DNA from: Acidobacteriota bacterium
GTDB lineage: Bacteria; Acidobacteriota; CAIWXX01
Length of the DNA: 64,000 nt
Direction: 5' to 3'
Assembly: GCA_040755995.1 (NCBI GenBank)
Contig: JBFMAF010000032.1
Location: forward strand, 33,296 to 97,295
Part shown: positions 1 to 9,926 of the stretch, piece by piece
Layout of the letters: each line of letters opens with the position of its first letter
Numbering within the stretch: position 1 is the stretch's first letter
Translations under genes and position numbers: made by a program
Notes under the pieces: model-generated
What the model was told of the DNA's origin: nothing
The model's input: the letters and a program-made list of their open reading frames with translations, nothing else
Databases searched by the model: none

Positions 1-244
1 GGAGCTCCGCATAGGTCTTCAGCCGCAGATCGATCGGACGAGCACGCAGCGCATCATCTGCGATGTTCTCGGTGAGAAACGCGCGCATCGCCTCTTCGTC
101 TCCGGAGTTGAACGCGGCGAAGTATGCGGCGGCGCGCCGTCCCGCCACAGTGTCGGGCATCGTCGTCTGCCCAGCCTCCTCCGCTGCCGAGGCCGGCAAG
201 ACGAACCACATCATCATTACGGCCCATGCACATCCCGATTTCAT
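1..244 (-). CDS. 5' part of a secreted protein, possibly the N-terminal domain of a serine hydrolase/beta-lactamase family protein; runs off the window start
   Basis: ATG at 244 after GGGGAGG; translates MKSGCAWAVMMMWFVLPASAAEEAGQTTMPDTVAGRRAAAYFAAFNSGDEEAMRAFL, with a signal peptide. Confidence 0.6.
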   Translation of the reverse strand, partial: MKSGCAWAVMMMWFVLPASAAEEAGQTTMPDTVAGRRAAAYFAAFNSGDEEAMRAFLTENIADDALRARPIDLRLKTYAEL

Positions 245-406
245 TGGCCTCCCCTTTGGATGATCTGCGACTTCCCTACACTCAGGGCCGGTTGAGCCCT
301 CGGGTTCGTCCGGAACGCGTTTGGCTATGCGCCTGACCCACACATGATAACTACGCACGGGATGCACACCGGTTCTATTATTGTTGCGATCCTCTCGGTG
401 TGATTC

Positions 407-462
407 CTTCACGATTTCTTAACACCTGATTCATCGTGCATTAACCGGGTGCCCGGTATACT
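407..462 (+). promoter_or_regulatory. Pho-box array plus -10 element
   Basis: Four 7-mers at exact 11-bp period (CTTCACG 407, CTTAACA 418, ATTCATC 429, ATTAACC 440), then TATACT at 457-462, 10 nt downstream; precedes porin-pstS-ppx. Confidence 0.75.
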
Positions 463-492
463 CTCGCTTCGATCTTATAAGGAGGAGACTGA

Positions 493-1824
493 ATGAAGGT
501 CACACAAGGGTTTGTCAGATCGGCGACGGCAGTGGTCGTGGCCGTACTGATGGCGGCTGCGGCAGCGGCACCACTGCATGCGGCCGGGCCGGTCCTCTTC
601 TACGAGGAAGTGGAGAAGGACGGCCGGATCTACGTATTCAACACGCCGGAGCGCCTCCAGATCTGGAAGGAGTCCGGGGAGATGGGCGCCGCGGTCACGC
701 TGGTTGGCCGGGGGGCGAACGGCGAAACGATCGTGGCCGAGAACGAGGTGGCGATCGACATGTATCTGTTCAAGCACAACCTGCCGGGATACGACAGGCC
801 GACGGCACCTCCCCCGCCGCCTCCGCCCACCTATCCGCAGGTGAAGGTAGGCGGGTTGGCATATCTCTCCTATCAGAACGGCACCACCAAGGGTGTTGAC
901 TACAGCAAGGTGACGATCAAGCGCGGGTACATACTTGTGAATGCGACGATAAACAGCTTCTTCGGCGCGCGGCTCACACCGGACGTCACCCAGGACGACA
1001 CCGGCGACATCAAGCTCCGCATCAAGTACGCATACGGACAGTTCAAGTGGGCGAAATCCGGGTTCCTGACGAAGCCCAACGTCGAATTCGGCGTGGCTCA
1101 CATGCCCTGGCTGGACTTCGAAGAGCACGTGAACATGTTCCGAATGCAGGACACGATGTTCATGGAACGAAACGGCCTGTTCAACAGCGCAGACGTCGGT
1201 GTGACGTTTGCCGCGCTCCTCGGGCCCGAGCTGGATGACACTTACAAGAAGGCCGTGAGCAGCTACTACCCCGGCAAGTACGGATCGTTCTCGTTCGGCG
1301 TTTACAACGGCAGCGGCTATCACGCGAAGGAGAAAAACGAGAACAAGGTTGTGGAGGGTCGCGTGACGGTCCGTCCGATCCCGAACCAGCTCCCCGGTCT
1401 ACAGGTCTCCTACTTCGGCATAGCCGGGAAGGGCAACACCGAGAAGGAACCGGACTGGCTCGTCAACACGCTGATGGGGAGCTACCAGCACAAGTACCTC
1501 GTGCTGACGGGCACCTGGTACGACGGCAAGGGCAACCAGAGCGGCAGCGCTGTCGACGCCGATGGCAAGGCGCTCGAACGCGACGGATGGTCGTTCTTCA
1601 CGCAGCTGAGGCCCACCCCGGACTGGAGTGTCATAGTCCGCTACGACTTCTTCGATCCCAACAAGGATGTCGAGGATGATGGGAACAAGCGAACCATCGT
1701 CGGCGTCGCCTACGAGTTCGCCCACCACAACTACCTCCTGTTCGACTACGACCGAGTAGACTACGAGAAGTCAGGGGTGGACGCTGACGACAGGCTGCAG
1801 CTCACACTACAGGTCAGTTTCTAG
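493..1824 (+). CDS. Outer-membrane porin, probably phosphate-selective (OprO/OprP-like), with N-terminal domain and Pro-rich linker
   Basis: AAGGAGG RBS, signal peptide, beta-strand pattern, C-terminal LQLTLQVSF; upstream of pstS. Confidence 0.7.
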   Translation: MKVTQGFVRSATAVVVAVLMAAAAAAPLHAAGPVLFYEEVEKDGRIYVFNTPERLQIWKESGEMGAAVTLVGRGANGETIVAENEVAIDMYLFKHNLPGYDRPTAPPPPPPPTYPQVKVGGLAYLSYQNGTTKGVDYSKVTIKRGYILVNATINSFFGARLTPDVTQDDTGDIKLRIKYAYGQFKWAKSGFLTKPNVEFGVAHMPWLDFEEHVNMFRMQDTMFMERNGLFNSADVGVTFAALLGPELDDTYKKAVSSYYPGKYGSFSFGVYNGSGYHAKEKNENKVVEGRVTVRPIPNQLPGLQVSYFGIAGKGNTEKEPDWLVNTLMGSYQHKYLVLTGTWYDGKGNQSGSAVDADGKALERDGWSFFTQLRPTPDWSVIVRYDFFDPNKDVEDDGNKRTIVGVAYEFAHHNYLLFDYDRVDYEKSGVDADDRLQLTLQVSF

Positions 1825-1845
1825 GTAAACGAGGTGATACAAGAA

Positions 1846-2820
1846 ATGAACGGAAAGACAATACTCAGCGCCATCGCGATGATGGCTCTCGCCGCGGGGA
1901 TCGCCTTCACGCAGGCAGTCAAGGTGGATCCCGGGATTCCCGAGTACAAGCAGACGCAGGGCATCTCCGGCAGCATCAAGAGCGTCGGCTCCGATACCAT
2001 GAACAACGAGATGACGCTCTGGGCCGAGGGATTCCGCAGGCTCTATCCGAGCGTGAAGGTCGAGATCGAAGGCAAGGGCTCATCGACTGCGCCGCCGGCT
2101 CTCACGGCGGGCACCTCACAGTTCGGGCCTATGTCCCGGGCCATGAAGGACGAGGAAGTCGACAAGTTCGAGAAGAAGTATGGGTACAAGCCGACGGCGA
2201 TCCGCACATCGATCGACATGTTGGCCGTGTACGTGAACAAGGACAACCCGATCGCATGTCTTTCGATGCAGCAGCTTGACGCCATCTTCTCGAAAACGCG
2301 CCGCAGCGGAGCACCGAAGGACATCCGCACCTGGGGTGACCTGGGACTGACAGGCGAGTGGGCAAGCCAGCCGATCAGCCTTTACGGCCGCAACAGCGCG
2401 TCGGGTACGTACGGGTACTTCAAGGAGCACGCGCTGGCCAGGGGTGACTACAAGGACACTGTGAAAGAACAGCCGGGCACCTCATCCGTGGTGCAGGCCG
2501 TCGCCACCGACAAGTTCGGCGTCGGGTACGGCGGCATCGGATACAGGACAGCCGACGTGCGAGCCGTGCCGATTTCGCTGAAGAGCGGCGGGACTTGTGT
2601 CGACACCACGCCGGAGAACGGCTACAGCGGAGCGTACCCGCTTGCCAGGTTCCTTTACATTTACGTGAACAAGGCGCCCACGGGCTCGCTCGACCCGCTT
2701 CGCGCCGAGTACATCAGATACATCCTCAGCCGGGCAGGCCAGGAGGCCGTCGTGAAAGACGGCTACCTGCCTCTCACGGCAAAGCTGGTTCAGGAGGAGA
2801 GATCAAGGCTGGGGCTGTAG
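1846..2820 (+). CDS. pstS: Phosphate ABC transporter substrate-binding protein
   Basis: SVGSDT, GKGSSTA, MSRAMK, GRNSASGTYGYF and YPLARFLYIY motifs. Confidence 0.93.
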   Translation: MNGKTILSAIAMMALAAGIAFTQAVKVDPGIPEYKQTQGISGSIKSVGSDTMNNEMTLWAEGFRRLYPSVKVEIEGKGSSTAPPALTAGTSQFGPMSRAMKDEEVDKFEKKYGYKPTAIRTSIDMLAVYVNKDNPIACLSMQQLDAIFSKTRRSGAPKDIRTWGDLGLTGEWASQPISLYGRNSASGTYGYFKEHALARGDYKDTVKEQPGTSSVVQAVATDKFGVGYGGIGYRTADVRAVPISLKSGGTCVDTTPENGYSGAYPLARFLYIYVNKAPTGSLDPLRAEYIRYILSRAGQEAVVKDGYLPLTAKLVQEERSRLGL

Positions 2821-2949
2821 TGCTCAGGCCGGGGGGTAGGTTGATGCGGCGGGAGGCGTCGAGAGCGCGACGCGTCCTCGATGCCTCTTCGTCTCTTTCC
2901 CGCCACCGTTGACGGCTGACTGATCCCCCTGGCAGAAGTGGCCGACGGA

Positions 2950-4449
2950 ATGAACATCAGTGCAATCGATGTAGGGAGCAACGCGATTCGGATGCTGATC
3001 GCATCCACCTCGCAGCCTGGCTTCACTCCCCTGGGAAACTACCGGGAACCCGTTCGCCTCGGGCACGACGTCTTCCGGCGTGGCCGGGTCAGCGAAGAGA
3101 CCGCCATCCGTGTCGTTGCGGCGTTCTCCCGCTTCGCCGATATCCAAAGACAGTGGCACGTCGAGCGGTCCAGGGCGGTGGCCACAAGCGCTATGCGCGA
3201 AGCCGCGAATGGAGACGCGCTTGTCGACCGGATTCGCAGGGAGACCGGAATCGATCTCGACGTCATCTCGGGCGTCGAAGAAGGGCGACTGATCTTCCAG
3301 GCTGTGCGCAGTCGCGTGGACCTGGGAAGCTCCAACGCCCTCATCGTCGAGCTCGGCGGGGGCTCCATGGAGCTCATCGCGGTCCGCGAGGGCAGGCTGG
3401 CCGGGATAGAGACCTTCAAGGTCGGCGCGGTGAGACTCCTGGAGATGCTCGTCGGCGATCAACCCGAGACCGCACACTCCACTCGCCTGGTGCAGGACTA
3501 TGTCTCCGGACTGCGCGGGCACCTCGAACGCGCCACGCAGGGATTCCGCCCCGATCATTTCATCGTCACCGGCGGCAACGCCGAGCGGATCGCCACACTC
3601 GCGGCACCGCGTGGCGACAACGGGCGGCCGCCGGTCGTGCCCAGGGAGAACCTGCACGATCTGATCATGAGGCTGTCGAGCCTGAGCTTCCGCGAACGTA
3701 TCGAGCAGCTGGGGCTCGACTCTGACCGCGCGGACGTCATCTTGCCCGCGTCCATCGTCGTGTACGGCGTGATGGAGGCCACCGGGATGAAAGACTTTAT
3801 GGCTCCGATGGTGGGACTGAAGGATGGCGTCGCCCTGGATCTCGCGGCAGGCGTGGAATCAGAGCCCCTGAAGCGCCAGATTGTCGATGCGGCGATATTC
3901 ATGGGACGAAGGTACATGTTCGACGAAGGTCACGCACGGCGCGTGGCGCGCAATGCCCTGTTCCTGCTCGATCGACTCGCCCCTCAGCTTCACCTGGATC
4001 GCAAGCCGGCGCCGCTGCTGGAAACGGCATCCATCCTTCACGATGTCGGTTTCCACGTCAACGGCCGCCAGCACCACAAGCACAGCTACTATCTGATCAA
4101 GCACTCCAACCTCCCAGGCCTTTCGACAAGCGAGCGGCTCATCGTCGCCAACATCGCCCGCTACCACCGCAAGGCCGCTCCAAACGCCTCTCACGGCAAC
4201 TTGCGCGGACTGCGACGCCAGGACCGCGATACGATCCGCAAGCTGTCGGCGATCATTCGGATCGCCGACGCGCTCGACCGCGACCATGCGGGCACTGTGA
4301 CGCCTGCAGCCGTGAGCATCGAGGACGGCACGATCGTGATTCGTGTGAAGGCCCGCGGCGAGATCTCGCTGGAGCAGTGGGCGATCCGCCGCAAGCAGGA
4401 CCTCTTCGAGGAGGCCTTCGGCTACAGGGTTTCGCTGGTGGAAGCCTGA
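2950..4449 (+). CDS. ppx: Ppx/GppA exopolyphosphatase with C-terminal HD domain
   Basis: AIDVGSNAIR, ATSAMREA, ELGGGSME, ILHDVG..HHKHSYYLI; start could be GTG 2938. Confidence 0.92.
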   Translation: MNISAIDVGSNAIRMLIASTSQPGFTPLGNYREPVRLGHDVFRRGRVSEETAIRVVAAFSRFADIQRQWHVERSRAVATSAMREAANGDALVDRIRRETGIDLDVISGVEEGRLIFQAVRSRVDLGSSNALIVELGGGSMELIAVREGRLAGIETFKVGAVRLLEMLVGDQPETAHSTRLVQDYVSGLRGHLERATQGFRPDHFIVTGGNAERIATLAAPRGDNGRPPVVPRENLHDLIMRLSSLSFRERIEQLGLDSDRADVILPASIVVYGVMEATGMKDFMAPMVGLKDGVALDLAAGVESEPLKRQIVDAAIFMGRRYMFDEGHARRVARNALFLLDRLAPQLHLDRKPAPLLETASILHDVGFHVNGRQHHKHSYYLIKHSNLPGLSTSERLIVANIARYHRKAAPNASHGNLRGLRRQDRDTIRKLSAIIRIADALDRDHAGTVTPAAVSIEDGTIVIRVKARGEISLEQWAIRRKQDLFEEAFGYRVSLVEA

Positions 4450-4553
4450 CCGCGACCCACTCCAGGTATCGCGGCGCCGCCGGCGCTGGTAGAGGGGGCT
4501 TTGCGGCCGGCACCTTCCCGGGCTATATTCGATGCCGAGATGAGGGAGGGAAC

Positions 4554-5546
4554 ATGAAGCTTTCCGAGATCGGCGAGCTCGGGCTCATCCGGCGGATCGC
4601 CTCCGGTTGCATCGTGCAGCCCTCTCGTGTGGTGCGCGGAATCGGAGACGACTGCTCGGTCACACCCGGCTCCGCCGGCATGCTCCGGCTGGTCACCACC
4701 GACCTGCTCATAGAACGGGTTCACTTTCTGCGAGGCGCCATCGCCCCCAGGCAACTCGGCTGGAAGGCCCTCGCCGCGAGCATATCAGACATTGCAGCGA
4801 TGGCGGGCCGCCCTCTCGATGCATATGTCTCCGCCGCCATTCCTGCGGATGTGAGCGTTGAGTTCTTCGACGAGCTCTACGACGGCCTGAAGACCGTTGC
4901 AAGACGGTTTGACGTCAACCTGCTCGGCGGCGACACCACCGGTTCCAAGCAAGATCTGATGATCAACGTCGCGCTCATCGGCGAGGTCGAAGAGGATCGT
5001 GTGCTGTACCGACGCGGTGCCGGAGCCGGGGATCGCGTGTTCGTGTCGGGCGGCCTGGGAGATTCGCGCGCAGGGCTCGACGCGATTCTCAACGCGCGTA
5101 CCACGGAGAGTATCGACGCGGAGACGCTGGTGCGCTGCCATCAGGAGCCGGAGCCCCACGTGCGGCAAGGGAGAATCATCGGTGAGACACGGCTGGCGCA
5201 CGCGATGATCGACGTGAGCGACGGGCTGGCCGTGGACATCGGACACATATGCGAAGAGAGCGGAGTGGGGTGCGTCGTGGAGGCCGAGCGAGTTCCGATG
5301 TCGGTGGAGTTGCGCCGCTATTGCGAGCGGCATGGGCTGAGCCCGCTGGAACTGGCGTTGGCCGGCGGTGAAGACTACGTGCTCCTGTCCACCGGCGATC
5401 CCGAGCTCGGACCGGCCTGCGGCGCCGCCGGCGTGGAGCTGTTCGAGATCGGAAGCATTGTAGAGGGCGCCGATCGGATGCTGCGGCATCCCGGCGGCAG
5501 GATCGAGCCTCTGGGATCGGCCGGGTGGGATCACTTCCCCGCCTGA
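4554..5546 (+). CDS. thiL: Thiamine-monophosphate kinase
   Basis: GELGLI, GIGDDC, TTDLLIERVHF, SDIAAMAG, GGDT, IDVSDGL, GGEDY, GWDHF; GGAGG RBS. Confidence 0.95.
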   Translation: MKLSEIGELGLIRRIASGCIVQPSRVVRGIGDDCSVTPGSAGMLRLVTTDLLIERVHFLRGAIAPRQLGWKALAASISDIAAMAGRPLDAYVSAAIPADVSVEFFDELYDGLKTVARRFDVNLLGGDTTGSKQDLMINVALIGEVEEDRVLYRRGAGAGDRVFVSGGLGDSRAGLDAILNARTTESIDAETLVRCHQEPEPHVRQGRIIGETRLAHAMIDVSDGLAVDIGHICEESGVGCVVEAERVPMSVELRRYCERHGLSPLELALAGGEDYVLLSTGDPELGPACGAAGVELFEIGSIVEGADRMLRHPGGRIEPLGSAGWDHFPA

Positions 5547-5840
5547 TGCCGAGCAGATGCCGGTTTCCGAGCGTCCGTCGAGGCCCGGCGTTTGAGATTG
5601 ACTCGCAGTCGATTATCGCCGTACGGGAGCTGTCCAGATCCTGCGCGACACGCGGCTAGAACGAAGAGCCTCCGACGTAGATCCGGTGAACACACGAGCG
5701 GGGCGCGCCCGCACTCACGGGCGCCGCTCCTCTCGTCGACTTCTCGGGTCATGGCGTCATGAAAATCCCGCCGCATTCGGTCCACCGCGAGGGAGCCGGT
5801 GGCCGGAAGGAAATGGTTCCGGGGTCGGGTTCGGAGTCTG

Positions 5841-6689
5841 TCAGCCGTAGACGCTGCCGAGGGGGCCCAGGCTGGCGACCACGTCCCGGACGACGTCCTC
5901 ACGGATCTCGAAGAGCCGGATTATGACCTCGACCAGTTCCTCTCGGCTGCCCAGCCGGTCGATGGTGTAGGAGCCGGCGGTGGCGCGGATCAGCGAGAGG
6001 TTGTAGATGACGATTGAGCTCGACTCGCCGAACCGCACCAGCATCAGGGCGTTCATGAAAGCCGCCTGGTCGCCGTAGGAATTGCGCACTGCGTCATCGA
6101 AGTGCTCGGGGCCGCGAGGTGTCGGCTTGAGCAGATACCCGTGGACCAGCTCGCCCTCGCGGTAGAGATCGAGCCTGGAGCGGGCCTGTTCATCACGAGG
6201 TCTCAGGGCGTAGCAGTCGCGGCCGAAGCGAATGAGCAGGTCCTGATCGAGATCGCGGGGCAAAGGCTCGTAGAAGGGTGCGGCGTACCCCACGTCGACG
6301 ATATACTCGCGTCCGTCGATGGTGACGATGATCGCGCAATGGACGTCCGGACCGGAAGGCATGTCGGCTCCACAAAGGCTGGCATCGTATCCAAGCGCGA
6401 CCAGCAGCCCGTGGAAGTACATGTTGTTGGGATAGCAGGTACCGCCGAAGTGGTCGTGCCGGATGCCGTCGAGGTACAGCTCGATGCCCGGAAGTGAACG
6501 AAGCCCCCTGTGCTTGCGGTAGAACAGCTTCGATACGTTCTCGAATGGAACGCGCGTGAGCTGCGCGCGTATGAGATCGCGCAGGCTGTCAAAGCTTGGT
6601 GGCGCTCTCCGGACGCCGATCACGTCCAGGTAGGCGTGGACCTGGGCTTCGGTAAGCTGGACCCCCAGCAGTGGACCCGTCCCGTTCAC
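5841..6689 (-). CDS. Arylamine N-acetyltransferase family protein
   Basis: VPFEN, GGTCY (catalytic Cys), HCAIIV, IVDVGY triad motifs. Confidence 0.88.
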   Translation of the reverse strand: MNGTGPLLGVQLTEAQVHAYLDVIGVRRAPPSFDSLRDLIRAQLTRVPFENVSKLFYRKHRGLRSLPGIELYLDGIRHDHFGGTCYPNNMYFHGLLVALGYDASLCGADMPSGPDVHCAIIVTIDGREYIVDVGYAAPFYEPLPRDLDQDLLIRFGRDCYALRPRDEQARSRLDLYREGELVHGYLLKPTPRGPEHFDDAVRNSYGDQAAFMNALMLVRFGESSSIVIYNLSLIRATAGSYTIDRLGSREELVEVIIRLFEIREDVVRDVVASLGPLGSVYG

Positions 6690-6707
6690 CGACCCAAGCC
6701 TCGGCCT

Positions 6708-7595
6708 TTATCGACCGGGCGTCGATGACGCTCGCGGCGCTTCGCCGGGCATTCCGCCTCCAGCGATTCCATCAAAGAGCTCGGGCAGACGCTCTACAAT
6801 CCCCGGATCCGATCGCGCATAGCTCCGGATGAGCAGTTCGCCGCCCGCGTAAAACGTGACGCGATCGAAAGGTTTCGCCAGGCCACCGGTATTTTCCTTC
6901 AAGCCGAGCCTCCGCCTGACGAGGTTCTCCAGATATCGCGCCAGCCCCTCCTTCCATTCCTCCCAGGTCATGTACTCCCAGTCGGCACGCGCGAGCTTGC
7001 CCTTCAGCCGTGCCCTCAGCTGTTCCACTCGCTGCGATTCGTTGCCGCCAAGCGCATCGAGCAGCTCTCCGTATGTTGCAGTGAACGCCTCGTCCGTGTA
7101 GGGGAAAGGGTGCTGCAGCTCCCACATGAAGTCATTCCTCTTCATCGCCTCCCTGTAGACGTCGAGCTTCTCCTTCAACTCGCGTTCGCAGGTCTCCCAC
7201 TGGTAGCAGTGGACAAACTCGTGCAACACCATGACGTAGCCGTCAGGCTCGTCGAACACTTCGCCGGTGACGCAGCAGGTGGCGCGGTTGCCGTAGAAAT
7301 CGAGCGGCATGGATGCCCTCAGCCCCACCTGAACTGGGAATGGCGCCGGCGCGATCCGGACCAGATTGTACCGGGATGCAGCCTCGTCCGGTTCGAATAC
7401 GTGAAACTTGCCATCCTCCGCGATTGCGATCGGACAGAGCCGATCGAACATGGGATGGACCCCGCGTACCTGCTCACGAACCGAGAACACCTTTCGCAGC
7501 GGGGCGTCGTACTTGTCGGCAATGACCGAGTCAGTTGGAGCGCCATTGAGGGCGCCACTGACGAGCAACGCGAGATGGAACAGGAGCATGAGCAC
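6708..7595 (-). CDS. Secreted hypothetical protein with HExxH zinc-metallopeptidase motif
   Basis: Signal peptide; VLHEFVHCYQ and downstream EGLARY. Confidence 0.7.
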   Translation of the reverse strand: MLMLLFHLALLVSGALNGAPTDSVIADKYDAPLRKVFSVREQVRGVHPMFDRLCPIAIAEDGKFHVFEPDEAASRYNLVRIAPAPFPVQVGLRASMPLDFYGNRATCCVTGEVFDEPDGYVMVLHEFVHCYQWETCERELKEKLDVYREAMKRNDFMWELQHPFPYTDEAFTATYGELLDALGGNESQRVEQLRARLKGKLARADWEYMTWEEWKEGLARYLENLVRRRLGLKENTGGLAKPFDRVTFYAGGELLIRSYARSDPGIVERLPELFDGIAGGGMPGEAPRASSTPGR

Positions 7596-7696
7596 CGTCC
7601 TTTCCTACTCCCACAGTATCAACCTCCATCCCCATTCTGACACACAATCGTGTCGATGGAGCGAGGTGCCCGCGGTTCAACAAGCCAAGGGGACGA

Positions 7697-7732
7697 GGGC
7701 GGCCTGTGTTGCACCAGGCCGCCCCTTGTTTT
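7697..7732. terminator. Intrinsic terminator-like hairpin
   Basis: GGGCGGCCTG-N8-CAGGCCGCCC followed by CTTGTTTT. Confidence 0.5.
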
Positions 7733-7769
7733 CGTCGGGCATGCGGGCGGCAGGCTCCGGCTCAGTTCG

Positions 7770-7943
7770 CTACCTGGGGGTGAAGGCCTTGATGCAGACG
7801 TTCTCCGTCCTGTCGTAAGTCGTCGTATCCACCCAGGAAGTCCCGTTTGTGCTCATGTAACTTTGCTGGGCACTCGCTTTCGCCTTGCTTGACACGCCGG
7901 CCACCTTGTATTCGATCGGGACCGGGTAGTTGTAACCAGGGGT
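7770..7943 (-). pseudogene. C-terminal remnant resembling the lectin-like domain of C1A (papain-family) peptidases
   Basis: TPGYNYPVPIEYKVAGVSSKAKASAQQSYMSTNGTSWVDTTTYDRTENVCIKAFTPR*; in-frame TAG 12 codons upstream with no start codon between. Confidence 0.65.
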
Positions 7944-8282
7944 CCCGGCGGTCGCCTCTGGACGCGCCTCTGCCTGCTACCCTGGATTCTCGTACAGACG
8001 GACGGCGGCACTGTTGACAGAATCTGGCATCTCTGCGTAGAAAACGCCATCACGGGGCCACCAAGCCTACCCAACCCTCTTCCGTGCTTCTCTGCTGGGT
8101 AGAGTAGTCTGCGGCATGCTGGAAGTCAAACAGAGCGGCCCGAGAGAAATGGGCCGAGGAGGCCGCGCTGGGCCAGCACTGTGCGGCGGGTCGTCGTGTA
8201 CCAGAGGCGGCCGCGGCCGGCACGAGCCACGGCTCGCCACCCGCGTACGGCAGCATGGCGCGGATGGCGGCCGTGCGTCGGA

Positions 8283-8717
8283 CTACAGGTGTTTTACAGC
8301 GGTGCCAGCGCGGGTGATTTTACCGACGACCGACGACACGACGCGCACCGGGAAGGAGACGTGGACCCGATCGTGTCTGTCTTCGACGTCGACATAGATC
8401 TTGTCGCCGCGTTTCTCGACGATGACACGGTCCTGGCCGTCTCGGACTTCCACCAGGACCGTGTCAGGGATGCGCTCCAGCTCTTTGCAGGCCGCCTCGA
8501 TCAGTGGAGCGTACGGCCCGACTTCTGATGCAGCTTCTTCGAGGGCCTCGTTGGGGGCGAACATCAGACCCAGGTTGACGAACGAGACCGGCACGGGCAG
8601 CACGATCCGCGTGCCTTCGGGGTAGTTCTCCTGTACGTCGACCCAGATGAAGCCCGGTGCGAGGGTGACGCCCGCGAGTATGATCAATCCCACCAGCAGA
8701 ATGCTCTTACCTGACAT
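8283..8717 (-). CDS. Hypothetical exported protein, related to its upstream neighbour
   Basis: AGGAG RBS, hydrophobic N-terminus; LVEVRDGQDRV resembles LVSVESDHETV of the neighbour. Confidence 0.7.
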   Translation of the reverse strand: MSGKSILLVGLIILAGVTLAPGFIWVDVQENYPEGTRIVLPVPVSFVNLGLMFAPNEALEEAASEVGPYAPLIEAACKELERIPDTVLVEVRDGQDRVIVEKRGDKIYVDVEDRHDRVHVSFPVRVVSSVVGKITRAGTAVKHL

Positions 8718-8749
8718 GGCTTCTCCTACTTTTTCAACGCCGGTGCGTG

Positions 8750-9319
8750 CTAGTCGATCGTGTTGCGGCCGTCGATCCAGACGCCCACGGTCTCGTGATC
8801 GCTCTCTACGCTCACAAGCTGCATGTCACCGTGTGATTGCAGGGCGCGGATCATCGACAACAGATCGATCTCGCCCTTCTCGGTGGACGTGAGGGACTCG
8901 GCGATCGTCATGGGCAGCCGGACGTCCACCTTCTCGTGGTCGCCTCGCTTGCCGCGCACGGTGATGAGCAAGAGCCCGTTCTGCTTGGCCACCCGCACAT
9001 CCTCGTCTCCCCCCTCGACCGTGACATACTCCCCATCCTGCGCATCCCGGACCGCCGCCAGTATGCCCGGAAGATCGATCTCACCATGATGGCAGCCCTG
9101 AATCCTCACTTTGCCGCCCTTCAGATCCTCGGACTGGATCAGCGGGAGCAGCTTCTCGGCCAGGCTGAGAGGCACGTTCACCTTGACGACCTCACCCTTG
9201 CCGCTCCGTTCCTCGACCTTCACGTGCAACCATTTCTCCTGGGGCGCTGCCCGCAGGATTGCGCTGGCGCAGAAAATCGCTGTTACCAGAATTGCGAGTC
9301 TTGCAATCGGCTTGCTCAT
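8750..9319 (-). CDS. Hypothetical exported protein with internal duplication
   Basis: GGAGG RBS, signal peptide; repeats VKVNVPLSLAE / VDVRLPMTIAE. Confidence 0.75.
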   Translation of the reverse strand: MSKPIARLAILVTAIFCASAILRAAPQEKWLHVKVEERSGKGEVVKVNVPLSLAEKLLPLIQSEDLKGGKVRIQGCHHGEIDLPGILAAVRDAQDGEYVTVEGGDEDVRVAKQNGLLLITVRGKRGDHEKVDVRLPMTIAESLTSTEKGEIDLLSMIRALQSHGDMQLVSVESDHETVGVWIDGRNTID

Positions 9320-9776
9320 TATCTCAGCCTCCCATCGTGATTCGGACTACACCCATAAGAACGATCTTCGCAGGCAAAATGTTCCCCACGGGGCGCCGGC
9401 TACGCCCCTTGAGCGATGTACCATGCGACATTGCGTCGGCAGCGCCCCGCGGAGAGATTGGAGAGTGGCTGTGACGCGGTCGGCTGCCGGTTTTCGGCCC
9501 AGGGAGCCTCGCTCACTCGAAAGAAGCTGGCGATGACTACTGCCCACTCGTGAGTTGCGCCTGTACTCCGGTCTCGAGTCGATACCGCCTCGGGAGATCT
9601 GGATCGTAGACAGGGCAGTGCCGGACCAGCTTCTCAACGCACCAACCGATCAGCGCGCACACGAACGAACAGGTGGACGGGTTGCTCAAGATTCTGTCAA
9701 GATTCAGCTCGCGAACGGCGACGGCCATGGAACAAGACAAGATTCCGAGGTCGAGAACATCGGCAGCTTCGCGGAA

Positions 9777-9926
9777 TCACGAGCGTTCCGCACGAATGCG
9801 ATCGAGGCAGCACTTCTTGAATTTCTTTCCTGACCCGCAAGGACATGGGTCGTTGCGCCCGACCGGGCGCGTGACTGGTGTGGGTGTCGCGGCTGACTTG
9901 CGGCTCAGCCTGATGATCTCGCCGCC
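9777..9926 (-). pseudogene. SEC-C zinc-binding motif segment without its own plausible start, overlapping the rtcB 3' end in the -1 frame
   Basis: [49 protein letters not shown]. Confidence 0.7.

Noticed and set aside
9686..9747. Three copies of CAAGATTC downstream of rtcB
   Set aside because: Irregular spacing and no linked feature; could be chance
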